Assembly: GCA_964016885.1 (NCBI GenBank)
Contig: OZ024746.1
Location: 33,046,001 to 33,110,000, forward strand
Direction: 5' to 3'
Source: Eledone cirrhosa
Taxonomy: Eukaryota
Length of the DNA: 64,000 nucleotides
Position numbers and translations under genes: made by a program. Under the pieces are notes generated by a model. It ran no database searches and had not been told where the DNA came from. It saw nothing but the letters and a program-made list of their open reading frames with translations. This document shows, piece by piece, positions 63,523 to 64,000 of this stretch (position 1 is its first letter; the number at the start of each line of letters is the position of its first letter).

Positions 63523-63710
63523 GGGCGGTGGATTGGCAGTATCGGTAGAGGGTCGGACGCTATGCTTTCCAGCATAGTTACGTCCCTTTACGATCTGAGT
63601 TCAAATCCCCCCGAGGTTGACTTTGCCTTTCATCCTTACGGGGTCGATAAAATAAAGTACCAGTAATGCACTGGTTAATTGCTGGCCTTGTGCCTAAAGT
63701 AGAAACAATT
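63523..63710 (+). mobile_element. Young tRNA-derived SINE with 19-bp TSD
   Basis: A box tggcagtatcgg, B box gagttcaaatcc; TSD attattttatgagatataa (63504-63522 / 63708-63726). Confidence 0.88.
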
Positions 63711-64000
63711 ATTTTATGAGATATAATTAAAGTTAAAATATATCTCTCTTTCCAAACAATTGTTTCATTATAAGTTTTCTACAAATTCGGAGAATATTTC
63801 CAGTTTATGTAGAAGCCTAATATACATTCATGTAAGAATATATTTAGGTGGGTGCTTATAAATCATCAGTGGAAGCCCAATAAACTTTGATATAAGAAAA
63901 ACATTTCTTACCACAGTTAAAAATCGTGTCCGTTAAGTTGCTCCTTCCCGCATCGAATGACCGGCAAATTTGAAATTCCAGCAGTTTTTGACTGAGGAAG

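Noticed and set aside
63523-63610. tRNA gene
   Set aside because: A/B boxes belong to a multicopy SINE head with TSD; no cloverleaf evident

Overview
An AT-rich eukaryotic (metazoan) intergenic or intronic window with no recognisable host gene. The SINE and microsatellite make-up suggests an octopod cephalopod, but this is inference. It consists of (TA)n/(CA)n/(TATC)n/(TAA)n microsatellites packed with retroelements. There are at least 7 Penelope-like elements (PLEs; RT plus C-terminal GIY-YIG), two Tx1/L1-clade LINEs, RTE LINEs, R4/Dong-type REL fragments, tRNA-derived SINEs and a Tc1/mariner-type MITE. The most notable pattern is a dozen or so head-to-head fold-back insertions of PLE termini in (TA)n. 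Each family has a fixed 'long' end and a fixed 'short' end, and most carry a minimal type-I hammerhead ribozyme (HHR) with a palindromic loop 3. Three families carry a non-canonical core, UUGAAAA, which is a compensated U3-A8 version of CUGANGA. Three families share a CCAAT / AGCCACTTTT / TATA-like module about 60-75 nt upstream of the HHR. One locus looks like a ~469-nt HHR-delimited tandem unit (retrozyme-like). Different retroelement families appear to use different microsatellites as targets. All calls were made by eye, with no database searches.
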